Shown here piece after piece: positions 7,905 through 17,773 of a DNA stretch of 50,565 nt. The position numbers and the translations under genes are program-made. How positions within the stretch are numbered: the first letter of the stretch is position 1; each line of letters begins with the position of its first letter. This stretch comes from a virus (lineage: Duplodnaviria; Caudoviricetes), in IMG/VR virus record IMGVR_UViG_3300018031_000008, positions 1 to 50,565 of that record; one strand, written 5' to 3'. The notes beneath the pieces were generated by a model, which saw nothing but the letters and a program-made list of their open reading frames with translations, was not told the DNA's origin and did no database searches.

Positions 7905-8392
7905 GCATTCTCCACAGCACGGGCAACAGCCAATAAGAACATGTACCAGGGAAAATCTATCCCAGGATCCACTTTGCGCCCCGCAGGAACACAAATGTGT
8001 TGATGCCCCACTACGCGGTGAAGAGGAATAGCATAGTGCTGTATGAGAGTCGCCACCAAATCTTCCGCTGCAGCTAATTGAGGCGCGGGATACGGATCAT
8101 CACTCTCGTCTACCAACTCAATCCCCACAGAGAACGAATTGACATTCGCTTCCCCGTGGAGAACAGAAGACCCCGCATGCCACGAGGCCCGGGCCACATC
8201 AACGCACTGAAACACCGTGCCGTCCCGATCAATCACAAAATGCGCCGACACTTTACTCTCAGGGTTTTCAAACCAGGTCAGTGATCCTTCCGCTGTTTTG
8301 CCTCCGGTATCGTGCAACACAACAGCGGTAATGGGCTTGCCCCGAGGGGAAAAGTGCGGAGAGGCACGAAAAGGAATCGTGGCCAAATTCAT
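7901..8392 (-). CDS. endolysin, N-acetylmuramoyl-L-alanine amidase (Amidase_2/AmpD-like)
   Basis: VVLHDT, VSAHFVIDRDG, SWHAG, NSFSVGIEL, VVGHQHI, RKVDPG. Confidence 0.93.
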   Translation of the reverse strand: MNLATIPFRASPHFSPRGKPITAVVLHDTGGKTAEGSLTWFENPESKVSAHFVIDRDGTVFQCVDVARASWHAGSSVLHGEANVNSFSVGIELVDESDDPYPAPQLAAAEDLVATLIQHYAIPLHRVVGHQHICVPAGRKVDPGIDFPWYMFLLAVARAVENA

Positions 8393-8404
8393 GGGTCGTC
8401 TCCT

Positions 8405-8743
8405 TTATTTCTTCAGAGTGCTGGGCTGCAGTTTTTCATCATACTGTCGCAGTTGTTCTCGGAGGTCCCGGCACTGGTCCCGGACCGCTTTCTCCGCCTG
8501 GGCACACCCCACCCCATAGCGATCTTCGAGATTCCAGATTTGCTGCTGAGTACGGGCCCGATCATCGCTGAGGATTTTCCTGTCCAGACGAAATTCGACC
8601 AGTTTCACATCCGCCGCTTTGGCGACCCAGCCATCAAACGCCATCCAGCTCCCGATGATCACCGTGAGTGCGGAAATTGTCGTCACCACTTGGCCTGTGA
8701 GGGTAGAGAACAGGCGGTGGACCCATCGCAGAGGTGTCGTCAT
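8405..8743 (-). CDS. membrane protein with coiled coil (lysis-associated)
   Basis: N-terminal TM, AAGGAG RBS, between tail tip and amidase. Confidence 0.6.
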   Translation of the reverse strand: MTTPLRWVHRLFSTLTGQVVTTISALTVIIGSWMAFDGWVAKAADVKLVEFRLDRKILSDDRARTQQQIWNLEDRYGVGCAQAEKAVRDQCRDLREQLRQYDEKLQPSTLKK

Positions 8744-8757
8744 GGCGTCTCCTTTCT

Positions 8758-11700
8758 CTACAGTTGAATGGCCCGTAGAGGTGATTGTGTCCCATCTACT
8801 AACTGTTGCCGCACTCCCACAGCAAGGGCTTTGAACGTGAGCACTTGCCCCGTATCGGCGGTGCGCACATCATACACATACGCATTGGGCTTCATGACCG
8901 TCACGAGTGTTTCCCCCGCGAGCCAGACACGCATTTCTTGCGGTGTCACAGAGAGGGTGGCCGAGGTGCGTGTGAGACGGAGGAAGTATCGCGACGACCC
9001 ATCACCCAATGTTGCGCCTCCAGAGGAGACCCGATTTGTGGGATTCCAATTCCCCCAGGGTTCGAAGAGCATGTCTCCCGATTTTCGGAACCCGGAGGTC
9101 TGGTCTGTCGGCGCCAGAAACCCCGAGGCGGTTGCACTCGCCCAGGCCCCGTCTCCCGTAGAATATTCATAGGCCACGGAGACTACCGTAGACGCCTCCC
9201 GTGCCAAGAAGAACCTCGCGAGAGAAAATTTGGAGGAGGCCCCCAGATAGAGATAGGAGGACTGAGGGGCAAAGAAGTCTGTGTTCGAGGAGATATCCCG
9301 AGCAGCACTGGTGCGATCCAGGAGACCTCCGCCACTCTCCACAATAAAGGCGCCAAGTGTTGCGATGTTTGTGTGAGACGTTGCCGTCGTCCCACCCCCC
9401 CCTCGGATCACGCCTTCCAGACGGGTGTCCGCGAACGTGGTATAGCCCGCTTGTTCCGCCTCAATGCGCGCACTCCCGATGTTCGCGAATCCGCCTTTGG
9501 GGGAGTAGAGAGGAATGTGTGTTTGCGTGTGGGTGACAAAATCCTCTGTCACCGTATACTTATACACATCCCCCGACCGAAAGCGCGTATACCCCGACGT
9601 GGGGAAGCGCCCCTCGGGGGCCGGATCAGACAAAGAAGTGGTGCGAAAGATTTGGAGAAACCCAGAAAAGGGCTGCGTTCCTGCAGGCACCAGACGTCCA
9701 GTTCCCCCTGTCAATATTGCTTGAGCATTGAATACACTAGTTGTGTCAAACAGCGCGGCCCCCCATCCCGCCGGAAGTATTTGCAGTGACAGAGGAATCG
9801 TACCCGACCCTACGGCGAAATCGTCCCATTTTTCCCCCTGTGTCGTGTGTAGTGATCCGGAGCCAATCGCGGCTCGATAGTGATCGAGAATGGTCGAGGA
9901 AGACAGAATGCGTGTATAGATAGCAAATTCATCTACAACCCCGCGATAGGATAAGCCCGAACCGATCGTCCACTTGGCGATAAATCCCCCTGAGGTTACT
10001 GTGTCCGGTCCGTCGGATCCTGATAAGCTCGCCACGAGAGACCCGTTGAGATAAATAGCCCGAAATGTTCCACTGTTCCCGCCGGACACAAGGGCGATAT
10101 GAGTATACGTTCCCACGTAGGAACTGTATGGTGTTGAGATGCGCCCACTTCCTGCGCTACTACCAAAATCCCAATACAGAATAAAATCTTCCCAGGGTAT
10201 GTGAGCCATACATCGGTTCGGGTTGTCTAAATTCCCGAGTGTAAAGGCCGCACTCGTCATCACATCTGCACTAATGACCTTCGCGATCAGTTCCACTGTC
10301 ACGGCGGTATCCAAGGGAAGGGATAAACTCCCTGGAAGCAAAGCAAACGCCGAAGAGACGAGGTTAGGACTCCCTGTAAAGTAGACTGCTCTGTCAGCGT
10401 CATCAAGAAGTCCCCCGCTTTGCTCCCAACTCACCACATTAGTATAACTCCCGAACAGCCCCTGCCCCGACCAATCCGCCACGAGTGTTGTTCCGGAGGA
10501 CTCTCCCAGCCTATAATACGCGATGGGGCTATCCGCACGCACCACGTCTGGGTATCCTCGCACCCGTTGCAGCCGAGCGAGCCCTCCTGCCCCTCCCCCC
10601 GTCACCCACGAATCCACCGCAGACACCCATACACTGTTATTCAATCGCCCTTCCAGAGTAAAACTTGTGGCACTCAATCCCATTTCCACAGCACTCGCAG
10701 GAGTCGTAAAGTACTGTCCCGAGGGAATCGCCGTGGCGGAGAGCAGAGAGACCACTTCTCCCGAGGTGACGCGATACAATCGCAGTTCCAGGAGGGAGTG
10801 GCTGAGTGTGCGCGTGCCGTAGTCCAGATAGTAGTACTGCCCCGAAGACCCGGCCTCTTGCCATCGCGCCACAAGCCCTACACGGGGGCGTATTCCTAAT
10901 CCGTCCACAGAATAGGCCGAGGCCCGCACAAAGGCATCCCCTGAAAACACTTGACTGGATGTCAGAGCCAATGCGGTGGCCGTGGGCCCCGCCCCGCTCG
11001 AAGGGTCTCCTCGTTGCAGCGTAAACGAGGCGACACGCCAGAGGGTCTGACCCAATTCGCGCCAATTTCCTCCCATACTGTCCGCGTCTGTTCTGTCGAA
11101 TCCGTCCGTGAAAACCAGAGGAGATCCACTTTGAACGAGGGCAAGACTTGTGATAAGCGGATCCAGATACGCAATGGGGGCTAAGGCAAGGGCGGTGCCT
11201 TCCTGCTGCTCAAAATCCCCCGCACCGCGTTGGCGATACATAAGGGACCCCGCAAACAAATCTCCACTATTCGCCCGCACGAAGGCCACTTCCACTTGGT
11301 TTTCTGTGGGGCGCTTATACGGGGACAATCGAATAAGCTGGTACGGCACAGCAGTCGGATCTATTGTCCCTGCAATGGAGGCTTGCGAGGGCAACGCTGC
11401 ATCGGTGTAGATGGAAGCATTGTACTCCAAACAACTGAGCAGCATCTCGTCATTTTCCGTCTCCTCGATGCGCACAATGCGGAACTGCTTGCTCACCCAG
11501 GCCGGAACATCGTGGGAGACCGCGATCACATCGCCCACCTCGGCTTTCAGGGCCGCAATTCCCACTCGGAAAGTGCACATATGCTGAATCTGAATTGCCT
11601 GGTTGAGATAGTATTGCGCCATGCGACTCGCTTGCGTGACACGCTTGACCCCCAGGAGTTGGATCGTTTTGTCTCGCCGATCTCCCGTAGTGTCAATATC

Positions 11701-13995
11701 CCAGTCATCAAAGGCTTCCACAAAATCATGCCGAAATTTGTCCGCCGCATTGATATACTCCACGCGGACAACATTCGGACGGTTGCGGTAACTGAGTTTC
11801 GCCCAGGTAAAGGAGTCCGCAATAATGCTTCCCATGTGAAAGCTCTGAGAGACCGTTTCGGCCTTTTCGATTTTCAGCTTCGCTTGCCCATTGCTCCAAA
11901 TCAGTAATCCCCGAAAGGTGGAGACCATTTCTCGGATATGATCCAAGATCGGAGACTGTCGGTCCAGCACGTGATCGAGGACAAAGCGCTTCTCCTTTGT
12001 CCCATCAGGGTTATCTACCAGTTCATCGCAATATGCCGCTTCTGAGTCAAAACTCTCCAAATTCACTCGCGTCGCCGAGAGCCCCAATCCGTATCGAGCG
12101 TTAGTGAGAATATCTTTCACCGCTAATGCCGGGTTGCCCCCCGTGAAGACACTTGTCAGTTTTCCTGTCATTCCCAGATTTCCCAAAGCTTTCACTTCAA
12201 AATCATCCAATAAACCAGGACTGCCCCCCGACCCTTCTGTATTGAAGAAAAGCCCCGTAGTTCCTGCGCTTTGTATGATGCTATCCGATACAGAAAGAAG
12301 TTCCCCCGAATTGATGAGCAATGTGAGAGTAGTCCCTACTGCTTTCAACACTAAACGGTCCCCCGATACAGGAGAAGAGAGACCTGTTTGTGGCAACGCT
12401 CGGCAGGCGATGGTAGTAATCCCTTGCCCTTGAGAATTGGGGCTTACTACTCTTCCGATCTGAACAACATATCCTGATTTTGTCCCCAAGATATTAAGAG
12501 CATCAAAGGTACCAATGTAAGCGAGATGGCTGCTATTCTGCACACGAATTTGCACTCCTCTCCCCACCAAGCGACCAGAGGAGGGGGCAGAGGCATTCGA
12601 TTCCAAATCCACAATCTTCGCAGACGCTTCCACGTCGGGGTCTATATTGAAGGCCCCGTTGACTACCCATTCTCGAGAAAACGCAGGAGCATCCCGACGA
12701 GCAGCATTTCCTTGGATTCCCCAAAAACTGGCCGCCTCTATGGGTTCATGCTGCCACATGGATCCAAGATCTGTTGCGTCTGCCCTGTTAAAAGAATCGG
12801 AAAAGAGTCCACTAAGAGACTTAGCACTCGTGGCAAGGCCCACGGAAAAATCATCCAAATACATGGAGTCTGTTTGACAGACTAAGCCCGCAAATCCTAT
12901 GCTCGTAATCGTGGAGTCACTAACAGGGCTAAAGACAGGTACACCATTCACTTCAGCGGAAATGTTCGTTTCCGAGAGGACAAGGGTAAGCAAACTCCCA
13001 TCTTGGAAGCTAGCCCCCACACATCCCACAAGAGTCACAAAGGCATTGGGTCCCGTAAACCGGATAAGAGACAGGCGATTTTGGCCTGTGTTGCTCGCAG
13101 TTTGCCTATCAAGAATTAAGCCATAGGCTTGTTCTGTACTCGGTTGCACTCGTCCTTGGACACCTTGCAGGGAAAGAAATCCTCGAGGTTTGAAGGAGAC
13201 ACGCATGTTCTTAGCGGGACGAAACACTGAAGATGTTGTCATGACTCGAGCCCACCCCAAAGTGGAGAGGGATACTATATGGGCTTGTTGAGAGAGAATA
13301 TTCCACACTCCTGTGGCAACTCCGTGCTCTGTCCACGCTGTTCCCAGTTGTGCAGCATCCACTCGATTGAAATCATCAGAGAATCCTTCCGCCGCAAGAC
13401 TGCGCCCCTGCACCTCTGCAGTGACAGCAGGGATACGATTAGCCCGACCCAACCGGCCACTGAACCGGAGATACGCCGTATTGCGAAAAGCGGGGGCATT
13501 CGCTCCGAGATTCGCCGCCACAGTGGCGTCCGCACTTTCCACCGTTGTCCCCAGATACGAAACGTAGGACAACCCTTCTTGGGTCGAAATGTCTTGATCG
13601 TCCAAGAAGACTTTGGGAACCGCACCAATAGGCCCTTCGGAGAGACCTACCGCAAAGTCAGCGTAGTACCAGACTTCCTTTTGTTTGGGGGGTTCGGGGG
13701 ATCCCTTACCTCCCCCCACCTCTCGTTCGACGATCTCTGTGCGGTTGTTCCCGAGCCACATCAGGTTGCCTGCGATGCGGCACAACCCATAGACTACGGG
13801 CACTGGGAGGTTGCGATGAAAGGTGTTAAACTGGAGATCCTGAATCTGAATTTGGGAGTCTTGAGTTTTATTCTTCGGGGGATCGAGAAGACCCCCAAGG
13901 CCCATGCCCAAGACAAAACCGAGTTGGGCTTGGCCGAAAAAGCCCCCCACAACAAGCCCAACGCCTCCCCCCACCACCTGTCCGACAGATCCCAT
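8758..13995 (-). CDS. central tail tip / host-specificity protein (Phage-tail_3/J-like) with lectin-like and LamG inserts
   Basis: PVPVVYGLCRIAGNLMW, GGGKG, FAVGLSEGPI, APAFRNTAY, GNPALAVKDILTNARYGLG, EVGDVIAVSH; LamG signature SPIAYYRLGE...GVVDEFAIYTRILS. Confidence 0.9.
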   Translation of the reverse strand: MGSVGQVVGGGVGLVVGGFFGQAQLGFVLGMGLGGLLDPPKNKTQDSQIQIQDLQFNTFHRNLPVPVVYGLCRIAGNLMWLGNNRTEIVEREVGGGKGSPEPPKQKEVWYYADFAVGLSEGPIGAVPKVFLDDQDISTQEGLSYVSYLGTTVESADATVAANLGANAPAFRNTAYLRFSGRLGRANRIPAVTAEVQGRSLAAEGFSDDFNRVDAAQLGTAWTEHGVATGVWNILSQQAHIVSLSTLGWARVMTTSSVFRPAKNMRVSFKPRGFLSLQGVQGRVQPSTEQAYGLILDRQTASNTGQNRLSLIRFTGPNAFVTLVGCVGASFQDGSLLTLVLSETNISAEVNGVPVFSPVSDSTITSIGFAGLVCQTDSMYLDDFSVGLATSAKSLSGLFSDSFNRADATDLGSMWQHEPIEAASFWGIQGNAARRDAPAFSREWVVNGAFNIDPDVEASAKIVDLESNASAPSSGRLVGRGVQIRVQNSSHLAYIGTFDALNILGTKSGYVVQIGRVVSPNSQGQGITTIACRALPQTGLSSPVSGDRLVLKAVGTTLTLLINSGELLSVSDSIIQSAGTTGLFFNTEGSGGSPGLLDDFEVKALGNLGMTGKLTSVFTGGNPALAVKDILTNARYGLGLSATRVNLESFDSEAAYCDELVDNPDGTKEKRFVLDHVLDRQSPILDHIREMVSTFRGLLIWSNGQAKLKIEKAETVSQSFHMGSIIADSFTWAKLSYRNRPNVVRVEYINAADKFRHDFVEAFDDWDIDTTGDRRDKTIQLLGVKRVTQASRMAQYYLNQAIQIQHMCTFRVGIAALKAEVGDVIAVSHDVPAWVSKQFRIVRIEETENDEMLLSCLEYNASIYTDAALPSQASIAGTIDPTAVPYQLIRLSPYKRPTENQVEVAFVRANSGDLFAGSLMYRQRGAGDFEQQEGTALALAPIAYLDPLITSLALVQSGSPLVFTDGFDRTDADSMGGNWRELGQTLWRVASFTLQRGDPSSGAGPTATALALTSSQVFSGDAFVRASAYSVDGLGIRPRVGLVARWQEAGSSGQYYYLDYGTRTLSHSLLELRLYRVTSGEVVSLLSATAIPSGQYFTTPASAVEMGLSATSFTLEGRLNNSVWVSAVDSWVTGGGAGGLARLQRVRGYPDVVRADSPIAYYRLGESSGTTLVADWSGQGLFGSYTNVVSWEQSGGLLDDADRAVYFTGSPNLVSSAFALLPGSLSLPLDTAVTVELIAKVISADVMTSAAFTLGNLDNPNRCMAHIPWEDFILYWDFGSSAGSGRISTPYSSYVGTYTHIALVSGGNSGTFRAIYLNGSLVASLSGSDGPDTVTSGGFIAKWTIGSGLSYRGVVDEFAIYTRILSSSTILDHYRAAIGSGSLHTTQGEKWDDFAVGSGTIPLSLQILPAGWGAALFDTTSVFNAQAILTGGTGRLVPAGTQPFSGFLQIFRTTSLSDPAPEGRFPTSGYTRFRSGDVYKYTVTEDFVTHTQTHIPLYSPKGGFANIGSARIEAEQAGYTTFADTRLEGVIRGGGGTTATSHTNIATLGAFIVESGGGLLDRTSAARDISSNTDFFAPQSSYLYLGASSKFSLARFFLAREASTVVSVAYEYSTGDGAWASATASGFLAPTDQTSGFRKSGDMLFEPWGNWNPTNRVSSGGATLGDGSSRYFLRLTRTSATLSVTPQEMRVWLAGETLVTVMKPNAYVYDVRTADTGQVLTFKALAVGVRQQLVDGTQSPLRAIQL

Positions 13996-14478
13996 CTACG
14001 TGTCTCCGAGTGCGGCGGACACCGCCAACGGTCGGCTCGCTCCCGCGTAGCTTACCACCCAGGCCCGGTGGGACAGCACGCCGATGTCCACACCCCGGCC
14101 ATTGATAGAATGAATAAAGGTCCCCTCGCCCAGATAAATCCCCCCATGCGTAATCGCGGGAGACTTTGCGGGCGCGAGCACTCCGGGACGAAAATAGGGC
14201 ACATCGCCCATCAGTAACTCATTTTTGTCCACAGGTGTTCCATACGCGAGCAGTGCCGACAGGTAGCGCTCTTCTGGGGTGTGCAAATACCAATCGGTGG
14301 AATACGTCTTGCCGTCTCCGTCCGGCACAATGATTCCCACCTCCCGAAAGATACACACAATTAACCCGAGGCAGTCCACCCCTTGGCTTTTGGTGCGCCC
14401 GTTGTGGAGAAATCCTACTCCACGCCACGCGTGGGCGACGCGCAGGAGACAATCCTCAAACTCAGGACGTGTCATCAT
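13996..14478 (-). CDS. NlpC/P60 tail-associated peptidase
   Basis: AHAWRGVGFLHNGR, GVDCLGL, HGGIYLG, FIHS. Confidence 0.9.
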   Translation of the reverse strand: MMTRPEFEDCLLRVAHAWRGVGFLHNGRTKSQGVDCLGLIVCIFREVGIIVPDGDGKTYSTDWYLHTPEERYLSALLAYGTPVDKNELLMGDVPYFRPGVLAPAKSPAITHGGIYLGEGTFIHSINGRGVDIGVLSHRAWVVSYAGASRPLAVSAALGDT

Positions 14479-14480
14479 CG

Positions 14481-15317
14481 CTAGATATACGGTTGCTGGG
14501 GAATTGTGGGGAATCCCCCATAGTTGACGTAGTTGCTATACTTATTGATGCAATCATCAATGTTTTTCCGGCAGCCTCGCGTTAGGGTGAACACATCTCC
14601 GGAATTGATAGCAAAGGGGAATGGCACACGCACTGTCGTACTATTGGAACTCTGTGACGAGCCCGTCGCTTCCCGCCCAATGTTGCGATTCGATCCTGTG
14701 TTAAAAGTGAGTGTGCCAATGGGCCCCCAATATGTGTCCCCCTGGCCACTCAGGACAGCGGCCACGAGAACAGAATCCGTGGACGAGCCAATCGCTGTAC
14801 CCGTCAGAAGATTTGTCCCCACAATCTTACTCACGGTACAGGAGGGATCATAGTGCTGATAGTTACACAATGTGGAATACATCCGTCGGGGCACCATCTG
14901 ATGGAGAGAGTCAAGCCAACTCCGCACTTGCACCGTGAGCTTCGATTGATCGAGGGAAGGCTCATCCATCCGCCCATCAAAAATTACCACATAATTCCCC
15001 GCGCCCAGTTGTTCGCGAACGGCTTTCTTAAGTACAACGCGACGCCCCACAAAGTCTGTGGCAATTACTCGCTTGGCTAAAGTAAGATCCACATTGTCCA
15101 GTTGGAGAGCCATTTCGTCCACTTCCAATTCGGCGGAGGCACGCACAGCGGAGCGGGAAAAGCCAAACGGGGAGTAGGTTTGTGTGCCCAGCACGACGTA
15201 GTCATCTGCCTGGGCGAAGTAGAAGGTCTCCGTGTCGAGATAGATCTCCAACAATTCAACAGGTTTGTTTTCATCCTGGGTGATAACCGAGGCAATACTT
15301 GTCGGGAGGTCTCTCAT
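14481..15317 (-). CDS. baseplate hub, DUF2163/BR0599 family
   Basis: CNYQHYDPSC...GCRKNIDDCINKYSNYVNYGGFPTIP C-terminal signature with four conserved Cys. Confidence 0.88.
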   Translation of the reverse strand: MRDLPTSIASVITQDENKPVELLEIYLDTETFYFAQADDYVVLGTQTYSPFGFSRSAVRASAELEVDEMALQLDNVDLTLAKRVIATDFVGRRVVLKKAVREQLGAGNYVVIFDGRMDEPSLDQSKLTVQVRSWLDSLHQMVPRRMYSTLCNYQHYDPSCTVSKIVGTNLLTGTAIGSSTDSVLVAAVLSGQGDTYWGPIGTLTFNTGSNRNIGREATGSSQSSNSTTVRVPFPFAINSGDVFTLTRGCRKNIDDCINKYSNYVNYGGFPTIPQQPYI

Positions 15318-15321
15318 CGCG

Positions 15322-15921
15322 TTAACTCCGTACTTCCGTGAAGTCTACCCCGAGAGTGGTCATGAGGGCTACCAAGTATTCCTGGCCAAAGGTATCCTGG
15401 GCAAATCGGGCCGTGATCACGGGGGACACTGGGGCCCCCAGCGGATAACTGTTCGCCGCACTCTGTGTCGCCGAGGCACTTTGAATACGCACATGCGAGG
15501 CATTCACGACTGAGGTAACAGTAAAAGTGTCAAACGTACCTGCCGCATTCTGCACATACAGTTTGGCCCATCGAGAACTCAATTCACTCGTGAAGTCTTG
15601 CGTATCGGAGAGTCCGAGCGACAACCCTCCCACATATGCTGAAGCGACAGTGGTTAGTTGCCCAAATAAGGGAAGATTAAACGTACGGAAGGCGCCCTGC
15701 TGCACTTGATAAAAGCGCCAGATGTCGGCCACATCATCGGGGGTGATTGTGCCCCGTTCGTACCGCATCCGCACGGTCATGCGGGGTTTGATCCACTTCG
15801 CACGACGCTGTTCCGCCCCATTCTCAAATTCGGAAATGAGGGTATGCCAACTGTCCATGATCTGCACATTCGCAGGGCGCCAAATCCACACCGACCCCGG
15901 AACAAGACCGACGTAGCCCAT
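15322..15921 (-). CDS. distal tail protein (DUF2460-like)
   Basis: FENGAEQRRAKWIKPR...FYQVQQGAFRTF; position after tape measure. Confidence 0.78.
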   Translation of the reverse strand: MGYVGLVPGSVWIWRPANVQIMDSWHTLISEFENGAEQRRAKWIKPRMTVRMRYERGTITPDDVADIWRFYQVQQGAFRTFNLPLFGQLTTVASAYVGGLSLGLSDTQDFTSELSSRWAKLYVQNAAGTFDTFTVTSVVNASHVRIQSASATQSAANSYPLGAPVSPVITARFAQDTFGQEYLVALMTTLGVDFTEVRS

Positions 15922-15939
15922 AGAGGAAGTACTCCTCCG

Positions 15940-17583
15940 CTACCCCCGCTGTACAGCGCGGCGCATGGGGCCATTCCCCCGCATGGAGGCCATCACATCA
16001 TTCACCACCACACGGCGATTCTTGGCCGTTTCCCGTGCCACAATGGCAGTAAGATCCTCTTCCTTGAAGACATTAATCACCGTCGTGCCTCCGCCCAAGG
16101 CCCCCACTTCATCGAGAGGAACAACCGCTTCTGGGCCTGCTTCTCCAACGAGGCTCAAAGTCGGTTTGCTCACAACGCCCCCATGTTGGAGTGTCGCCAA
16201 GCCCAAATCGGCGAGACCTCCCCCACTTGTGCCAAAAAGGCTGCCTAAAAGGCCAAAGAGGCCTCCCCCCGCCGCTTGCCCCATTCCGGGAGCGCCTCCG
16301 CCCCCAAAAAGCAGACTCTGCGCGACAGAATCGGCAGCGATTCTCACCATGTTTTTCCAGAATCCTGTCCAGAGATCCCCAAAATTTTGCAGGTCTCCGG
16401 TCGCAAAATCCCCCAACGCTTGCCCGAGAGACTGACTCACCTGCTGGGTCATCGCCTCGGTGGATTCCAGAAGAAGACGATTATTGTCCTCCCACGCTTG
16501 GCGTCGGCTTTCGTTGCCCGCTTTGACAATAGCATCAATCTCTTGCCCTGTCGCCAATTCTTCGTCAATAATTCCTCTCCGGCCAGATTGTTCAATCAGG
16601 AGACGTTCCCGCGTGGCGGCACGAAACCTCTCAAGCATCTGGCGGTTAGCGGTGTCAAGGGATCGTAACCATTCCTCCAACACCTCAACACTTTCTCCCA
16701 TCACATCGCGATCGAGGAGAAAACTTTCTTGCACCTTTGTCCGTGTGGCTCGCTCCACGGCCTGAGTGCCTCGCTCTAAGGAGATTAGCCATTCCTGTAG
16801 TACGTCAACACTTTCTCCCATCACATCTTTGTTTATGTTTAACTGTTGTGTTTGGAGAGAAATCTGTGTCCGAAGAGCAGCTTGCTGGCTGGGAATAATG
16901 TCTAAGAGCAGCCGAAGACGATCAAGTTGATTATCGTAGTCTGCTGTTCCTTTTTGCAGGCCTATTAGACCAGCCAGCCCGCCTATGAGAGATTTGTTCC
17001 ACTCTTCCGCAGCAGCCCGCGCCGCATCAATCGCGTCACGTTGCTTGAGCAAGGCCACTTCAGCCTCAGACAAAACAGGAAGTAATCCTCCTCGAAAAGC
17101 AGCCAATTGAAGAGTGTTCGTCTCTTTCTGCAAGAGAGCGACGGTCGCAGTGAGATCTCGAGTAACTTTTTCCGCTTCTCCTCCTCGCGAGGCAAAAAAG
17201 GCGAGAGCCGTCGCAGCGAGTCCAATAATCCCTGTGATCAAACCAATCTTTGTTCCCAACTCGAGGATATTCGCTGTGAGTCGAACAACGTTGCCTGTCA
17301 CAGCAGAAACAGCAGGAGAAAGGTCTTGCCCGAGGAGAAGAGACCATTCCGAGACGTCACGAGCGGCCCCCAAAACTCCTCGGCGAACAAACTGGAGTTG
17401 CCCTCCAAATCCCGCACTCGCTTTTGCTACCACATCGGTAGACTCCCCTGCTCGACGGAGAGCCTGCGACGCAGACTCCCCCGCAGGGCCCAGTTGCTTG
17501 AGGCTAGAACTCACAGCACTTAGCTGCTGACTGGCCTGGTTGCGCAGTGTTACAACAATTTCTATAAGATTCTCACCTGCCAT
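15940..17583 (-). CDS. tail tape measure protein
   Basis: Helical Ala/Gly/Leu-rich; C-terminal LQHGGVVSKPTLSLVGEAGPEAVVPL; internal 40-aa repeat. Confidence 0.88.
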   Translation of the reverse strand: MAGENLIEIVVTLRNQASQQLSAVSSSLKQLGPAGESASQALRRAGESTDVVAKASAGFGGQLQFVRRGVLGAARDVSEWSLLLGQDLSPAVSAVTGNVVRLTANILELGTKIGLITGIIGLAATALAFFASRGGEAEKVTRDLTATVALLQKETNTLQLAAFRGGLLPVLSEAEVALLKQRDAIDAARAAAEEWNKSLIGGLAGLIGLQKGTADYDNQLDRLRLLLDIIPSQQAALRTQISLQTQQLNINKDVMGESVDVLQEWLISLERGTQAVERATRTKVQESFLLDRDVMGESVEVLEEWLRSLDTANRQMLERFRAATRERLLIEQSGRRGIIDEELATGQEIDAIVKAGNESRRQAWEDNNRLLLESTEAMTQQVSQSLGQALGDFATGDLQNFGDLWTGFWKNMVRIAADSVAQSLLFGGGGAPGMGQAAGGGLFGLLGSLFGTSGGGLADLGLATLQHGGVVSKPTLSLVGEAGPEAVVPLDEVGALGGGTTVINVFKEEDLTAIVARETAKNRRVVVNDVMASMRGNGPMRRAVQRG

Positions 17584-17773
17584 GTCGCGTCCTCTCTAGC
17601 CATCTCCGATATTCCTGATCCTCCGCTTGTTGACCCACAGTTGCTACAGTGAGGGAAAACAAGACATCCTCTAGCGGGAGAACAGCCAACTCACTAGGGA
17701 GTCGTCCGTACCGCTTCGCCAGGTAATCCAGAATCCGCAAGGTCTCTCTCTCCACGAAAGGATCCGCCCGCAT
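17573..17773 (-). CDS. tail assembly chaperone C-terminal (T) frame
   Basis: LAKRYGRLPSEL motif; overlaps chaperone G in the +1 frame; directly before tape measure. Confidence 0.7.
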   Translation of the reverse strand: MRADPFVERETLRILDYLAKRYGRLPSELAVLPLEDVLFSLTVATVGQQAEDQEYRRWLERTRHGR

